From Perkinsus chesapeaki ATCC PRA-425 (lineage: Eukaryota; Protista; Perkinsozoa), in assembly GCA_013115145.1 (NCBI GenBank), contig JAAPAO010000061.1, positions 1 to 64,000 of the forward strand: 64,000 nt of DNA. The letters are read 5' to 3'. Positions 30,462 to 41,488 of the stretch are shown here, piece after piece. Every line of letters begins with the position of its first letter. The first letter of the stretch is position 1. The notes beneath the pieces were generated by a model. The model was not told the origin of the DNA. It saw nothing but the letters and a program-made list of their open reading frames with translations, and ran no database searches. Position numbers and translations under genes: made by a program.

Positions 30462-32369
30462 ATGGTTGGCTTGCGATGCTCGCTTTCTCGGCTACATCAG
30501 TTCTCCTTTGCTGCGCGACTACGGTGTTGCGACAGCTCTCGAAAAGTTCTAACTCTGGTGAACACCTTTCCTAACATGCTCATCGAGGCCCGAAATGCCG
30601 AGGCAGTTATGCACAGAGTCGCTTCCTTCCCGCCAAGTAGAACCCTTCACGAACTATTCCAACGAGTCGCAGTGGAACTCACTCGAGAGTCTTTCCCGCA
30701 AGATGCTCGGTGGGACAACTCTAGCTTGATGAGCATCCTGCGATCAGTGGTGGAGTTCCGAGTCAGAAGCCCTCTGCTTTGTGATGGCGGCGCCGCCAAG
30801 AGCTTGCTCGAATTCGTGGCTCTGCGAATAGTCCCGGACTCGTGCACCCTTGACGAGGCCGCCTATGTTGTGTCCTCGCTGGCGCGGCTGAAAACGCTGG
30901 TCGCCGATTCCGGTCCCTGCATGAATGTCGCCTGCCAATTTGTCGATGAAGTTCTGAAAGGTTTTAAGTGTGGAGATGCTCCCTCGGTGAATGTTCTAGC
31001 CACCTTCGCATGGGGTGTAGTAGAGCTTCTTGGGTCTTCGACCGACGGGCGCGCACAGAAGGCCATCAGTGGTGCCATAGAGTACATTGCAGCCTACCAG
31101 ATCCAGGAATTACGGATTCCAGATGCCATTGTGATTATTCGGGCAATAGCACAATGTGAGGGAGTAGAAGGTGTTGGTGACTTCTGGAGCGCACTAGCTG
31201 GCAGCCGGTGTCTTGCGGGCATGGACAAAAGCTCTATAAAGCCGCTCGTGAAGTCCCTTGAACAGCCATCTAGTGTGTCTTATTGTGTATGGGGATCTAT
31301 TCTTTCTACAATGACAATCAACAGCATCGTTAAGAATCTCTCTCCTGGAGACCTCGCAAATGTACTGCGTACAGCAATAGTACCGATACGGTACGAGTCC
31401 AATGTGAACACTAGGGACCTGGCAGTACAGGTGTTCCGCTACATTGAGTCGGAGCCTCAAGGCCGCATTGGGCCAAGCCATATGGTGGATATTTGCTGGT
31501 CGCTGAGCATTCGATGTCATCCTCCTACTGCTGCCATTCTCGGTGACTTAGTATCACTCGGCACGGCTGTTGCACAAGGCCACGGTAGCATCCCGGACGT
31601 GTCACTTGGTCGTCTTGCTGAAACTCTAGCGAGGACGGCTGTTAGCCGTGGCTCTGTGCTACCCGGGGTACTGGACTTCTTCAACCATGTGGTCGCGAAA
31701 CGCCAATGGAAGGCGAAGCCTGCTGCGCAGATGGTCGTTGAGGCGGTGGCTCACATTTCGGATAGAAGAGTCATCGGCGACCGTCAGGCCCGAGCTTTGC
31801 TCCAAGGAACTTTAACAGGGGTGTGCGGGGGCGCCGTGAAACCCGAGAAGACCCTGCAAGTTCTCGTTCGTGCTCAAGTTGACCTCAATCTGGACTGCCT
31901 CACCCGGCAACAGCGATGCGAATTAGAACGTGCTCGCGCTGATGCTCATTGTGCTATTGCGAAGATCCTGGGGAGGGAGTCGAGCGATAACCTCGTCCAG
32001 GAGCTTCAAGAAGAAATTCAGAATCGCGGGCTTGAGCTACGCGTTTCATCCACGTGGCGGTGCCCTCAGAGCCTTTGTATTGCTGATATAACAGTGCTTC
32101 GACAACAGACTGATGATCCTGTGCTCTTCGTGGACATGGACGGCTCCCCATATGACTTGTGGTCTTACGAGAGACAATTACGGTATGGGCTTCTCAGTGC
32201 GGTATACGGTGAAAGTACGATCATGAGATCCAGCGACGAGGGCGCATCTAGGGCGCTGTCTCTAATGGGTGGACCAACCGATATGATTGTGAGCGACCAA
32301 CAACCTTTGGAACGAACGTGTGCTAGCTTGATTGAAAGAGCAATGTCCCGACTCGACCCAGTTGCCTGA
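30462..32369 (+). CDS. Second helical-repeat protein with a degenerate RAP domain, intronless
   Basis: 635 aa. Repeats TLDEAAYVVSSLARL, LSPGDLANVL, IGPSHMVDICWSLS. C-terminal WRCPQSLCIADITV...LFVDMDG...RQLRYGLL. Arg/Ser-rich N-terminus. Confidence 0.72.
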   Translation: MVGLRCSLSRLHQFSFAARLRCCDSSRKVLTLVNTFPNMLIEARNAEAVMHRVASFPPSRTLHELFQRVAVELTRESFPQDARWDNSSLMSILRSVVEFRVRSPLLCDGGAAKSLLEFVALRIVPDSCTLDEAAYVVSSLARLKTLVADSGPCMNVACQFVDEVLKGFKCGDAPSVNVLATFAWGVVELLGSSTDGRAQKAISGAIEYIAAYQIQELRIPDAIVIIRAIAQCEGVEGVGDFWSALAGSRCLAGMDKSSIKPLVKSLEQPSSVSYCVWGSILSTMTINSIVKNLSPGDLANVLRTAIVPIRYESNVNTRDLAVQVFRYIESEPQGRIGPSHMVDICWSLSIRCHPPTAAILGDLVSLGTAVAQGHGSIPDVSLGRLAETLARTAVSRGSVLPGVLDFFNHVVAKRQWKAKPAAQMVVEAVAHISDRRVIGDRQARALLQGTLTGVCGGAVKPEKTLQVLVRAQVDLNLDCLTRQQRCELERARADAHCAIAKILGRESSDNLVQELQEEIQNRGLELRVSSTWRCPQSLCIADITVLRQQTDDPVLFVDMDGSPYDLWSYERQLRYGLLSAVYGESTIMRSSDEGASRALSLMGGPTDMIVSDQQPLERTCASLIERAMSRLDPVA

Positions 32370-32472
32370 ATAGCATGATTGATTTCTGTTTCAGGGAGTT
32401 TCTGATGTCGTACGTCCAGTGTTCTCGATGTGACTTTTGCATGCGATCAATTGGTGAATATCTTTAAATTTG

Positions 32473-34624
32473 ATGGCCGTCCCGAGTCGAGGGGAGAATA
32501 TGCGACTTCTGTCGCAGCAAAAGAGTACATGGATTACCCTGCTCAACCCACACGCAACTGCCGGTTTCCTTGGCGGTCTCTGTAGGTTAGGTTACAGGGA
32601 AATGAGCTCCATCAACCTATTATGTAAAAATTGCTGCTACACAGCTTGCTGGCCACTCTGAGACATACTTGCTGATTTCTAAAAACATATCGTAACGTTA
32701 TCGCTGATAGTTGGGCAGCGAGAATCTTTCTAGTATCCTTCTTCTTGTACCAACAGAAAGACTAGGGAGCAGAAACCTATTTGACATAAGCGCTTACATG
32801 GTGATTTTAACCGAATCGGATAATGCCGCCAACAGTCGTCCGAAAAATGATCAACCATGTTATTTAAGGTGACGTATGAGTGTCATGTACTGAAGCACCT
32901 CATCCTGTTACTAATAGTTACGTATGAACCGATTCGTATGTGGCTTTCGCGCCTGTGTGGTGCTTTCGAATAGGATATGGAAAGACCACAACATCTTCCC
33001 CATCAGGCTCAACAGCTGCGTTTTACCCACTGGACCTGCTGAGGGTTCATCTGCAGCGCCACTATGACGCCTTAACCCGTCCAAGCATACGAGAACAGTT
33101 TCTGAGAGCTGTTCGGGAAGAAGGCATGCGATCTGCTCTTTATCGAGGTTTCAGTAGGCCAAGCATAATGTCACTCTAAGATGTTGCCGCCTTTGAGTTC
33201 TGGCTCGATGAGCGATATAACATGCCTCTTTATATGCCTGCTTATACTGTATTATTCCTTTATGGATTACTCCGCCCCTCAGGTGTGAGTGTGGTAGGAG
33301 CATCTCTTGCGTGGGGCCAGTACTTTTATGGGTAGGACGTTGACTTATTGGAATTTTTCGTAGCTGTTCAACTCAGATACTCTACTTTCAAGGCCGCCAA
33401 TGTTTTTAACCTCTCGCCCGCTGCTAACCACCTTGTCAGTGGATTTGCTGCTGGATCGTTGGTAAGGCTGTTCTTGCTCAGAGTTGTGTAAATCCGTACC
33501 GCATACTTCTCTAGGCGCTCTACATCGTATAGGCTGGAGCACCTTTGTCCGTTGTTTCTCATCTACTTGCATTTCGAGAAACTACTGTATGTAGCTTCCA
33601 TTTGAGGCCCAAGCTGACGCCCTCGAAGAAGCGGCTTCTTAGAAGCCTTCTCACTATTGGCGTTTATTCCTTTATTGGCGATCTTTACTGCTATCAGTAA
33701 CCGCGGTCTCCGTGGTAAAGGCTTCGGCCGCGACTTAGGTACAGATAGTTCTATGTCCCCTATGGGTGACTAAACTGAACGTACAGCTGGCAGTCTATCC
33801 TGGTGGCGTTAGCAGATGCGTAAGAGAGCTCTACCGAGACCGAGGCATCAAGGGCTTCTATCGTGGACTGGTAAGCTTCGGTTACACCTGAGTAGCATCC
33901 CGTCCATTTTATCATAAGCCTCTCACCATCGCTGATAGTAGCCTTGAAACAGCCTCGCTAACCCAGAGGAAAATTTAATATCATATTTAACGGAACTCTG
34001 AGGGGGCCTTCATGGCTGACTTTTGACAAGACATGGTATACCATTTCTTCTCCAGGCCCCCAGTCTTTGGGGATCAGTGCAAGGGGGTATACAGTTCATG
34101 ATCTATGAGCCAACTAAGTGAGAATTGTGGTAATCCATTCACGGCATTCCCGCGCCCAGGTCGAAACTCAAGTCGTATCGCGATTGCGAGCAGCTTTCTC
34201 CATCTGACATTGTCATGGCGACGACCATATCCAAGTCGGCTGCAATGGTGACATGGTATATTGTCTTTTTTGTCATCCACGCGGCTTCAGATAATTGTGA
34301 ATCCTATAACGGTCTTAACAGTGAGGATGAGAGACGCTGGGTTCCGAACCCACAACTATGATGACTTGTGGAACTCTGTGAAGAGGTGTGCTCTATTCGC
34401 TCATTTTTTCCGAGATTGCCGTTTAGTACTCTTGCGAAGGACGGCATTACCGGCTTCTACAGGGGAGTGTTGGTTTCCTTGGTAAGGTCACTGAGGAAAG
34501 TCCACGAGAGTTGGTTGATTACTTTCTTTAGGTGAGAGTAATGCCAGCCCAGTGGTGTACGTTTGTAACCTACGAGTATGTTAAAGACGCCATTCTCCGC
34601 TGTCAAGCCGATATCACTGGGTAA
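32473..34624 (+). CDS. Mitochondrial carrier (SLC25), folate/FAD-carrier-like
   Basis: Spliced ATAGFLGGLC|STAAFYPLDLLRVHL (PxD/ExxK/R motif); ALYRG...GASLAWGQYFY; IKGFYRGL; NPITVLTVRM; final exon VRVMPAQWCTFVTYEYVKDAI. Confidence 0.85.
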
Positions 34625-35221
34625 CTCTCGGCAAATACCATTACGGCGGTAAGGTGCAGTTAGAGTCACTGCAGGCCTTGAGACACACATACTCCGGACT
34701 AAGCTCCTGTTGACGCAGCAGGTGGTGGGTGGTATAGTCCAGAAGAGCGTAAGGTGCAGTAGAAGCTGAGACACCTAAGCCATAGATGCCTTGAGTTATC
34801 TTCTCCCACTGTTGACGTACGGGAGGTCGTTTGCTGTCACCATCTCTGCCTGAGTCTGATCTTTTGAAGTGGTCAGATTTTTTCAATGGTTTTCATATGC
34901 ACCTTGCATTGTAGTGTAGTCAATAGTAAGGGGCTGGTTACTGGGCCTCTAAGTTGCCGATTGGGTGTTGGAGTTGCTCATCATTAGCTAGTACCATTGT
35001 ACCAAACATCACAGCCTGCCTGTAAGTGCATTCCCGTGCTTCGGTGTGACGAGACGCAACTATTGGACAGTGTGAGTTGCCCTGCCAACGCTTTAATATG
35101 ACAAGTCGAGGAACAATCACTAGCAGAGACGCGCACCTCATGGCGGGCATCATGGCTGCTAATGCTAATACACAAGTCGGGGAAATCGAAGGCCCAGTGA
35201 ATATCGAGTAAATAGAACTAG

Positions 35222-37212
35222 ATGAGCTTAGCGTTGAATCGGAAGACTTTCACTGTTATCAGGCAGCTTCGGGCTTTGCGGGAACGTCGCCTCCCGTTTG
35301 TTATGCGGGGGATCGGCGCAAAGTGGGCGATCGTTCGAACCTGGTCAAATGACAAAAAGCTGAAGTCTCTGGCGAGAAAGGAGGAAAGAGAATGTCCAGA
35401 GCGGAAGTGCGGACTTAAGGGACATCGCTCCTCCCCAGTAGTCCCCCACAGATACACCGTTTATGCCCCTGACCCTGCCGGTGATGTTAACCAGAGTGAC
35501 GCAATGCCAGTCGCTAAAATGAGCATCTCTAAGTCGGTGGTTGCCTGAGTACATTTTGCAGGCTATCTTCATTGCAGATTCCTCGAGGTGGGGAACCGAA
35601 GAGGCCAGTATCTCCTCGGTGTACCAGACAAGCACGGTCGGGGTCTATCACCTTTCGAGCCATGCTCAAGAACAGACGTTTCCAGAGGTACGCCATCTAA
35701 ACTCGATTAGTGCCCCTTCACTTGATGATCAGGACATGGTAGTGAAGGAAAGGTTTACAATCCCGTCTTTGCAGCTGATATGGACAAGTCCGGTGACACC
35801 TCGGTATTCGAGGATCTTTTCGGCCAGGGATGCATCGACAGCAGACGTCATTTATTTTTCAATGCTGCCTACTGCTTTACCAACTGTCACTATGACACCG
35901 ATTGGAATTGTTATCTCTGTGCTAGAGGTGAGGCCAGGGGCAATGCGTATCCACGCTACCATCATCATCACACGTGGTGAAGCATCGTCATCCCCACGCT
36001 GCAAGTCCTAATGATAATATCCCTAACCTATAGTCGAGCGTGTCTGTGCTGGTGGGGATGGCAATAGCCAAACGTTACAGGCAACCGCCGCTGGTCCCTG
36101 GCGCATCCTGACCAAGACCCGATACTGAGCCATAATGGAAGTGCGCGCTCACAGTACCAGCCAACGCATCGGAGGAATGCAGAAGCCGTCACTGATGTCA
36201 CTAGTGGAACGAGGACCTGGAACCGCTACGCTGACCTGGTGAAGTAAGGTGAGCTCTAGCGCTCTCGTAGCGAGGCCCCTGTTACTTTGGATTCCATTAT
36301 GAGCCTGACTTCCTCCTATAACACCTGGGGGGATTAAGAATTAGTCATCATGACAGCTCTCGTCTCGATAGAGTCTTCTAATAGGTAACGATAGAAACAT
36401 GTACAGTGTTATTAACCGTGCCATGCGACGTTCTGGCCATTGCTTGTTCTTGTCATCCTCGCGGTTTCTATCAGATTTGTCGTGGTCGATCTGAACCCTG
36501 GGGACGTGCTTATCGTTCCACCGCGATGGTGGCATGTCGTCGAAGGCTCTCTACCAGCCGATGGAAGGCCGCGCTTTAGTGCTGGCATTAATTGGTTCTT
36601 CACGTCAGGCTGGGGAGGGGCGTCGAGGTTTTCGGTTCAATAGGTTTTGGGGGGTCAGGTACGACTACGAGGAGACGTATCGAACATGTCCTACCGATAT
36701 TAAAAATATGATCGGCCTGCCGAGTGACGACAAGTCCGTATACCTAGGCTCAGCTGTAGAAATGATGAAGGGCTCACTTCCATCACAAAGAGCTGCAGAG
36801 CTTATGGAGGTTCGTGCCAGAGGGAACCCGTCGTCTCGAAAGGCCAATGCTGCTTTCAGATAGCGAGGCATATGGCTGACACAATGAGTGTCCCGCTCTT
36901 GCAGTGTAGAGTCCTGGACCAGCTTTTGGCAATCGCCGTTGGGTAGGATGAGCCTCCTGGGTATGTCAGTGTCGTGATCGTGATTAACAGATATGTGGCT
37001 GCTAGGCGTGAACACGTCGAGCCGCAGGGCGTGGAAGACGCGCTGCGGAGGCTGGTCGAAGCTGCAGTAAGCTAGGGCTGCTGGGGTTCAACATTTTGTT
37101 GCGATGGAAGCAAATAATCTAGTCATTAAACATCTACCCCAGATCAGTCGTAAAAAAGCTCTTTCGGGGTAAGCGCTCTTTTCACTACCGATAATTGCAG
37201 AGGGACTCCTGA
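35222..37212 (+). CDS. JmjC-domain (cupin) 2-oxoglutarate/Fe(II) oxygenase
   Basis: PFVMRGIGAKWAIVRTW; TNCHYDTDWNCYLCARG (HxD); LNPGDVLIVPPRWWHVVE (distal His); SAGINWFF. The 3' end is uncertain (37212-37429). Confidence 0.85.
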
Positions 37213-37506
37213 GGGGCACACTGCTATAATGACTAACCACAGCTTCCACATCAATGATCCAGCAATGATGTATCAGAGCCGTGACAGGACGATCCAAACC
37301 TCGAAGACTATGAACCGTATCATTTTTTGTACTTTCCAACGAGTACTTATCCCACCGAGACGTTGTGCGTACGCGTGCAGCGTTGAAGCACCCTTGATGC
37401 ACGTTCATTCAGCGATGTCAATCGAGTAGGGTACCTAGACGGGACTGCTCTCCGTGACCTTAGACGTGCTTTGTCCCATTCAGTTAAGTACCATTAACTC
37501 CCAGCC

Positions 37507-38052
37507 ATGGCCGTATCAAACCAGGTCTGCATTCCAGAGGAGCTTTGTCATCAGGTTGATTCTTTCCACATCGATAGGCTTTACCGCATCTGCCGTTTCT
37601 GTGCCAATCGTGTGAGACTCAATAAACGCCAGGTGAGGGCCAACCCACCAACTCAGGCTGGGCGTGTGCTCTCCAAGCAATTCTTGGGTATTGACTTCGA
37701 AGGTGAACTGACAGACATTCGGCTACCCAAAGTCCTGTGCAGCAGCTGTAGGCGGCGTTTGACACATCTTCGAGACAACCACATGTCCCCAGCTAAGTGG
37801 GAAGAAAGGAGAAAGCTTTATGGCAAAGACGCGGCCTGGTTTGGTGCACCCATCGGTGCTAGTGATGGCTCAGAGCACGTCGAGGCCATCATATGTTCAG
37901 CTGATCAACGTTGCAAGGTTTGCCGCATTTACAGCAATCCAAAGTCCAATGGTTTCCTGAAAAAAGGTTGGCCGAAACCAGGTCGCCCGCCCGTCCGGTC
38001 TATGGGCGGCGACTGTCGCGTTGGAGAGGAGACCGCTAATGTGCCGCCATAA
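37507..38052 (+). CDS. 181-aa zinc-finger protein resembling the RAG1 N-terminal / Chapaev transposase Chapa domain (possible transposon derivative)
   Basis: H21-x7-C29-R-x-C32, then GID(63), P74-x3-C78-x2-C81, W111, H124, C136-x2-C139 and KPGRP. Intronless; no transposase core follows. Confidence 0.6.
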   Translation: MAVSNQVCIPEELCHQVDSFHIDRLYRICRFCANRVRLNKRQVRANPPTQAGRVLSKQFLGIDFEGELTDIRLPKVLCSSCRRRLTHLRDNHMSPAKWEERRKLYGKDAAWFGAPIGASDGSEHVEAIICSADQRCKVCRIYSNPKSNGFLKKGWPKPGRPPVRSMGGDCRVGEETANVPP

Positions 38053-38408
38053 AAAGCGGTATCTGCCCTCCGAGAGCTCGAGAACCCTACAGCTCCAAGT
38101 CCCTTAGATTATTCTGTTTCTGTTGTCTTTCTCGTGAAGTAGATGTATTTCTTATTATGATGCCGTATAGTATCAAGAGCGGACTAAGTAATCCTTGCGT
38201 TGGAGAATTCCTAGTGAGGGCTGAATTTGGTGCGCGTTAACGCGTAAACCCTCAGTCAGTCACCGAGTGGGTGCAAACATGATTTTGCCCACTGTCATTC
38301 GAATCAGTGCTCGGAAGTTACGATTACTGAGTCAAGTAACCCAGATATGGTTTACTCTGGGCTAGTCGTAGCGCTGGTCGTTCATTGTGTCTTGCTTTTC
38401 AGGTCGAT

Positions 38409-41400
38409 ATGTCCAAACCCATCGCTGCAGGCGAAACTCGCAAGCGCAAACGCCAAAGCATCGACGATGGGGCCCCACCCACGCCCAAGTGGTTACCATT
38501 CTGCTCAACTACAAAGTGGGAGTTATAAGTTGCTATTGATTGTGACGTAACGTCACTGACCTTTGAATGCATTGCATGGACCTCTTACCAGTTATGGTAC
38601 GTACACTGTAGCCTGTAATATGCAAGTTCTACGTATAAATATCCTCGCTTTGTGTGGTAGTTTACGGTGAATGGATGCCCACCTGTCTCAGACTTTATCG
38701 GTAACATGTGTTCATCCACCTAGGGTTATTGCCATGGCCACGGCCACGCATGCCGCGTGTTAGCGATGTATACATGTTAAGTGTTCAGCGAGCTCTGTGG
38801 GGCGTCGCCTAGCTTCCGAAGATTATCCCTTAGCTAGTGATGGGCTTATTGACTTTCCTAGGATAGAGAGCTGGGCTGCTTCTCGTGAGGTATGATACGA
38901 ATCGTATCATTCGGCAAGTTTTTAAGCGTCAGTTTGGCCGAGTGGTCTAAGGCGCCAGACTCAAGTTCTGGTGGAGAGATCCGCGTGGGTTCGAACCCCA
39001 CAGCTGACATTATTATTAGTCATCAAGTCTGTACCTTTTCCGAGGGTAAACGGGCCTAATTCACCTAGCTCAGGAGGCCCGCGAAGTAACACATGTTCAG
39101 CTAAAGAACAACCGTACTGTTTTCTTTTTTCAACGACCATTACTCTATCGATGTTTTTTGTTTATCGCGCAATGCTTTGTCTCCGCGCGGATGTTGTGCA
39201 AGAGAGTTGCACGGCTAGGCGAGACGAGACGGTGACATTCCGTGAGACGTGCGGGCTTCGAGCGAACTACATCTATGCAACCGCCCCCATTATCTCATCA
39301 GCATCATATTTCTTCTTTTACGATGTACTATTCTCCACCGCAGTTTCTTCTAGGCCAGAGGGTCCAAGCGATACCTCCGAGATATGATCCAAGATTTCCT
39401 ATTCACGCGGTAGCACAGCCTCCTCGGGTCAATAATGGTGCATTGTAAGTATCTGAGCTCCTATGTGGCTCTAGTAGAGCTGCTCTACCATCAGTAACTG
39501 TATGGATATAGTCATTGTGAGATGCCCATTACCTTGACGAGCTAAGCTTGCAAGAGCGATTATATCCTCGACTTGCAGCATAATGTTATCCTGGAGGGAA
39601 TTTTAGAATGTATAAATTCAGAGTCAAATGAGTTAATTCCGTATTTGAAAAGTCAATCGAATGCGGCAAATTCAGTACTACCCATTGACAGTGGGCAGTA
39701 CTAAATTTACTACTAAATTTGTAGTAAATTACAGTGCGCCACTGTAATACAGTGAATGTATCACAGGCCTTCCGCCTGAGAGGCTCGGAATCAATACAGT
39801 ATGCTCAGGTTGCAACAATTGTCCCAAGTGAAACAGCAGCTTCCTCAAACGAATCCCACCACCCCGACCCTGCCACAGAGTACGTAAATTCATTGAGCTC
39901 CGTTAATAACTCTGTTTCAGTAATTCAACGGTCTGATGATCCCCCACCTTCGGTCGGGAATCTCGGGAAGGAAAAAGGGAAGCCAGCGTAAGACACCTCG
40001 GGCCATTGACAGCGCTCTGCCCGCTCTATCTTCTGATTAGCACGTGCTCACAAAATCTCGCGTGGTCTCCAGGAAACATCCGTGAAGCTTGAGGCTTAAG
40101 CTCCAGGCCAGGCCTAAGCATTTTCCTTTTATGTACCTTAGGAAGTTGAAAAAATCTCTTTTGTTAGAGCGGAGCGAGCCCAGCTGGACAGAAGCTCACG
40201 AAAACTATGCACTGCCAAAACTGTTATATCGTCGTCAAGCTCTACACGACTACTGGAGCGCAGCAGAAGATTCGAGGACCTGTACGATGACCACAAGAGC
40301 CGCCAGGAGCGCCTGATGTACTCAGTCTTGCAGCTAAGAAAAATTTATATCATTTTGTGTCTGAAACAGAGCATTGATGCAAGAGAAGAGAGCTGCGGAA
40401 GAAGCGGAGTTCGCTGAAATGCAGAAAAAAGTCAATGATTCTACCAAGTATTTCTGTCTTAACTCGATTCCTACCTCGCCGTCGATATTCGAGGAATGCG
40501 TCCTTAGCTGCTCACTTGTCTTCAGAATAATTCAGAACCCTTATCTTAGGAGAGTCGATCTTGCTAAATTCCGAGCGCGGTTGGATGAGGAAGTTCGGTC
40601 ACGTGCTGAGCGAAAACGATTACGTGAGAAGGAGAAAGAGCAAGCTGTCAGGGAGAAGGAGCTCACAGAGGTAACTCTCGAGCCGTATCTGTCAGATTGC
40701 TATATCCTTTTGTGTTTTAGCTTATGCATTGCTCCTTTCAACCAATGAAAGCTGCAGATTTCCGCAACTCGACAAAGGTGGGTTCTTCAGCTCTCATGAG
40801 TCTTCGAATTGACTTCTGTTCTGCGCAGAGCTACACGTCCAGTATGAACCAGTCGAGCTCCGCAGGATGTCATAGTGGTGGCAACTCTGCACTTCCCGAC
40901 GTTCTGTGCGATGGTAAGATACAGTTCCATGTCCTCTGCATGCTGCCATCTCTTGCAGAACGGCGAGGCCCATTGAGAAGCGACATGTTAAAAGAAGCTG
41001 TTAAAGAATTCCTGCAGTCTGAGGAAGGGAAAACATCCCTGTAAGTGCCCAGCCAGCGATAAAAAGATTCTCCCAGCGTTACGGCGAGCTATCGTTTGTT
41101 TTTTTCAGCGAACAGCATCTAGAAGCATATCGCCGCATAAATCCCCTTGCTGACGAGAGCGTACTTGTAGAAGAAGCCGAGCACGATTTAAGTGAGTCGG
41201 AAACGTTTATCATACATGGGAGACCGGGGCGTCCTGAATTTGGCAGACTACCGATCGGGCAACTTGCACGTTTGAAGGAATTACATCTACCTACTTTTGG
41301 AGTCTCACTAAACTCTGGCCGTATTCCCGCAACACCTTTTTGTTGTATCAGTTACTCAGTTCGAGAAGGAGTTTGATCAGAGCATACTTGAGAGTATCTC

Positions 41401-41488
41401 GCCATTCGAGGCTGAAGAGTCCGCCATAGCCATGGACGGACAGACGCCATATGACGACGAAACAAGTGTGAGCATGTGGCTTGAGTAA
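38409..41488 (+). CDS. Multi-exon hypothetical coiled-coil protein (5' exons tentative)
   Basis: Coherent exons from about 40170: RRFEDLYDDHKSRQERL, MQEKRAAEEAEFAEMQKK, RAERKRLREKEKEQ, ending SVSMWLE* at 41488. A possible first exon MSKPIAAGETRKRKRQ starts at 38409; its linkage to the rest is not certain. Confidence 0.45.
38928..39009 (+). tRNA. trnL: tRNA-Leu(CAA), copy 2
   Basis: 82 nt identical to 25779-25860. Confidence 0.97.

Noticed and set aside
28419-32151. Antisense ORFs of 60-120 aa within the RAP genes (likewise within PMS2 and PEPCK)
   Set aside because: Shadow ORFs opposite long coding regions, with no independent motif support.
34641-35153. Minus-strand short ORFs as a gene between the carrier and JmjC genes
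   Set aside because: No motif and no convincing in-frame splice path; left uncalled.
37230-38900. TIRs/TSD around the RAG1-N-like ORF
   Set aside because: I found no matching CAC...GTG termini or target duplication by eye, so it is not called a mobile element; einverted would be needed to exclude them.
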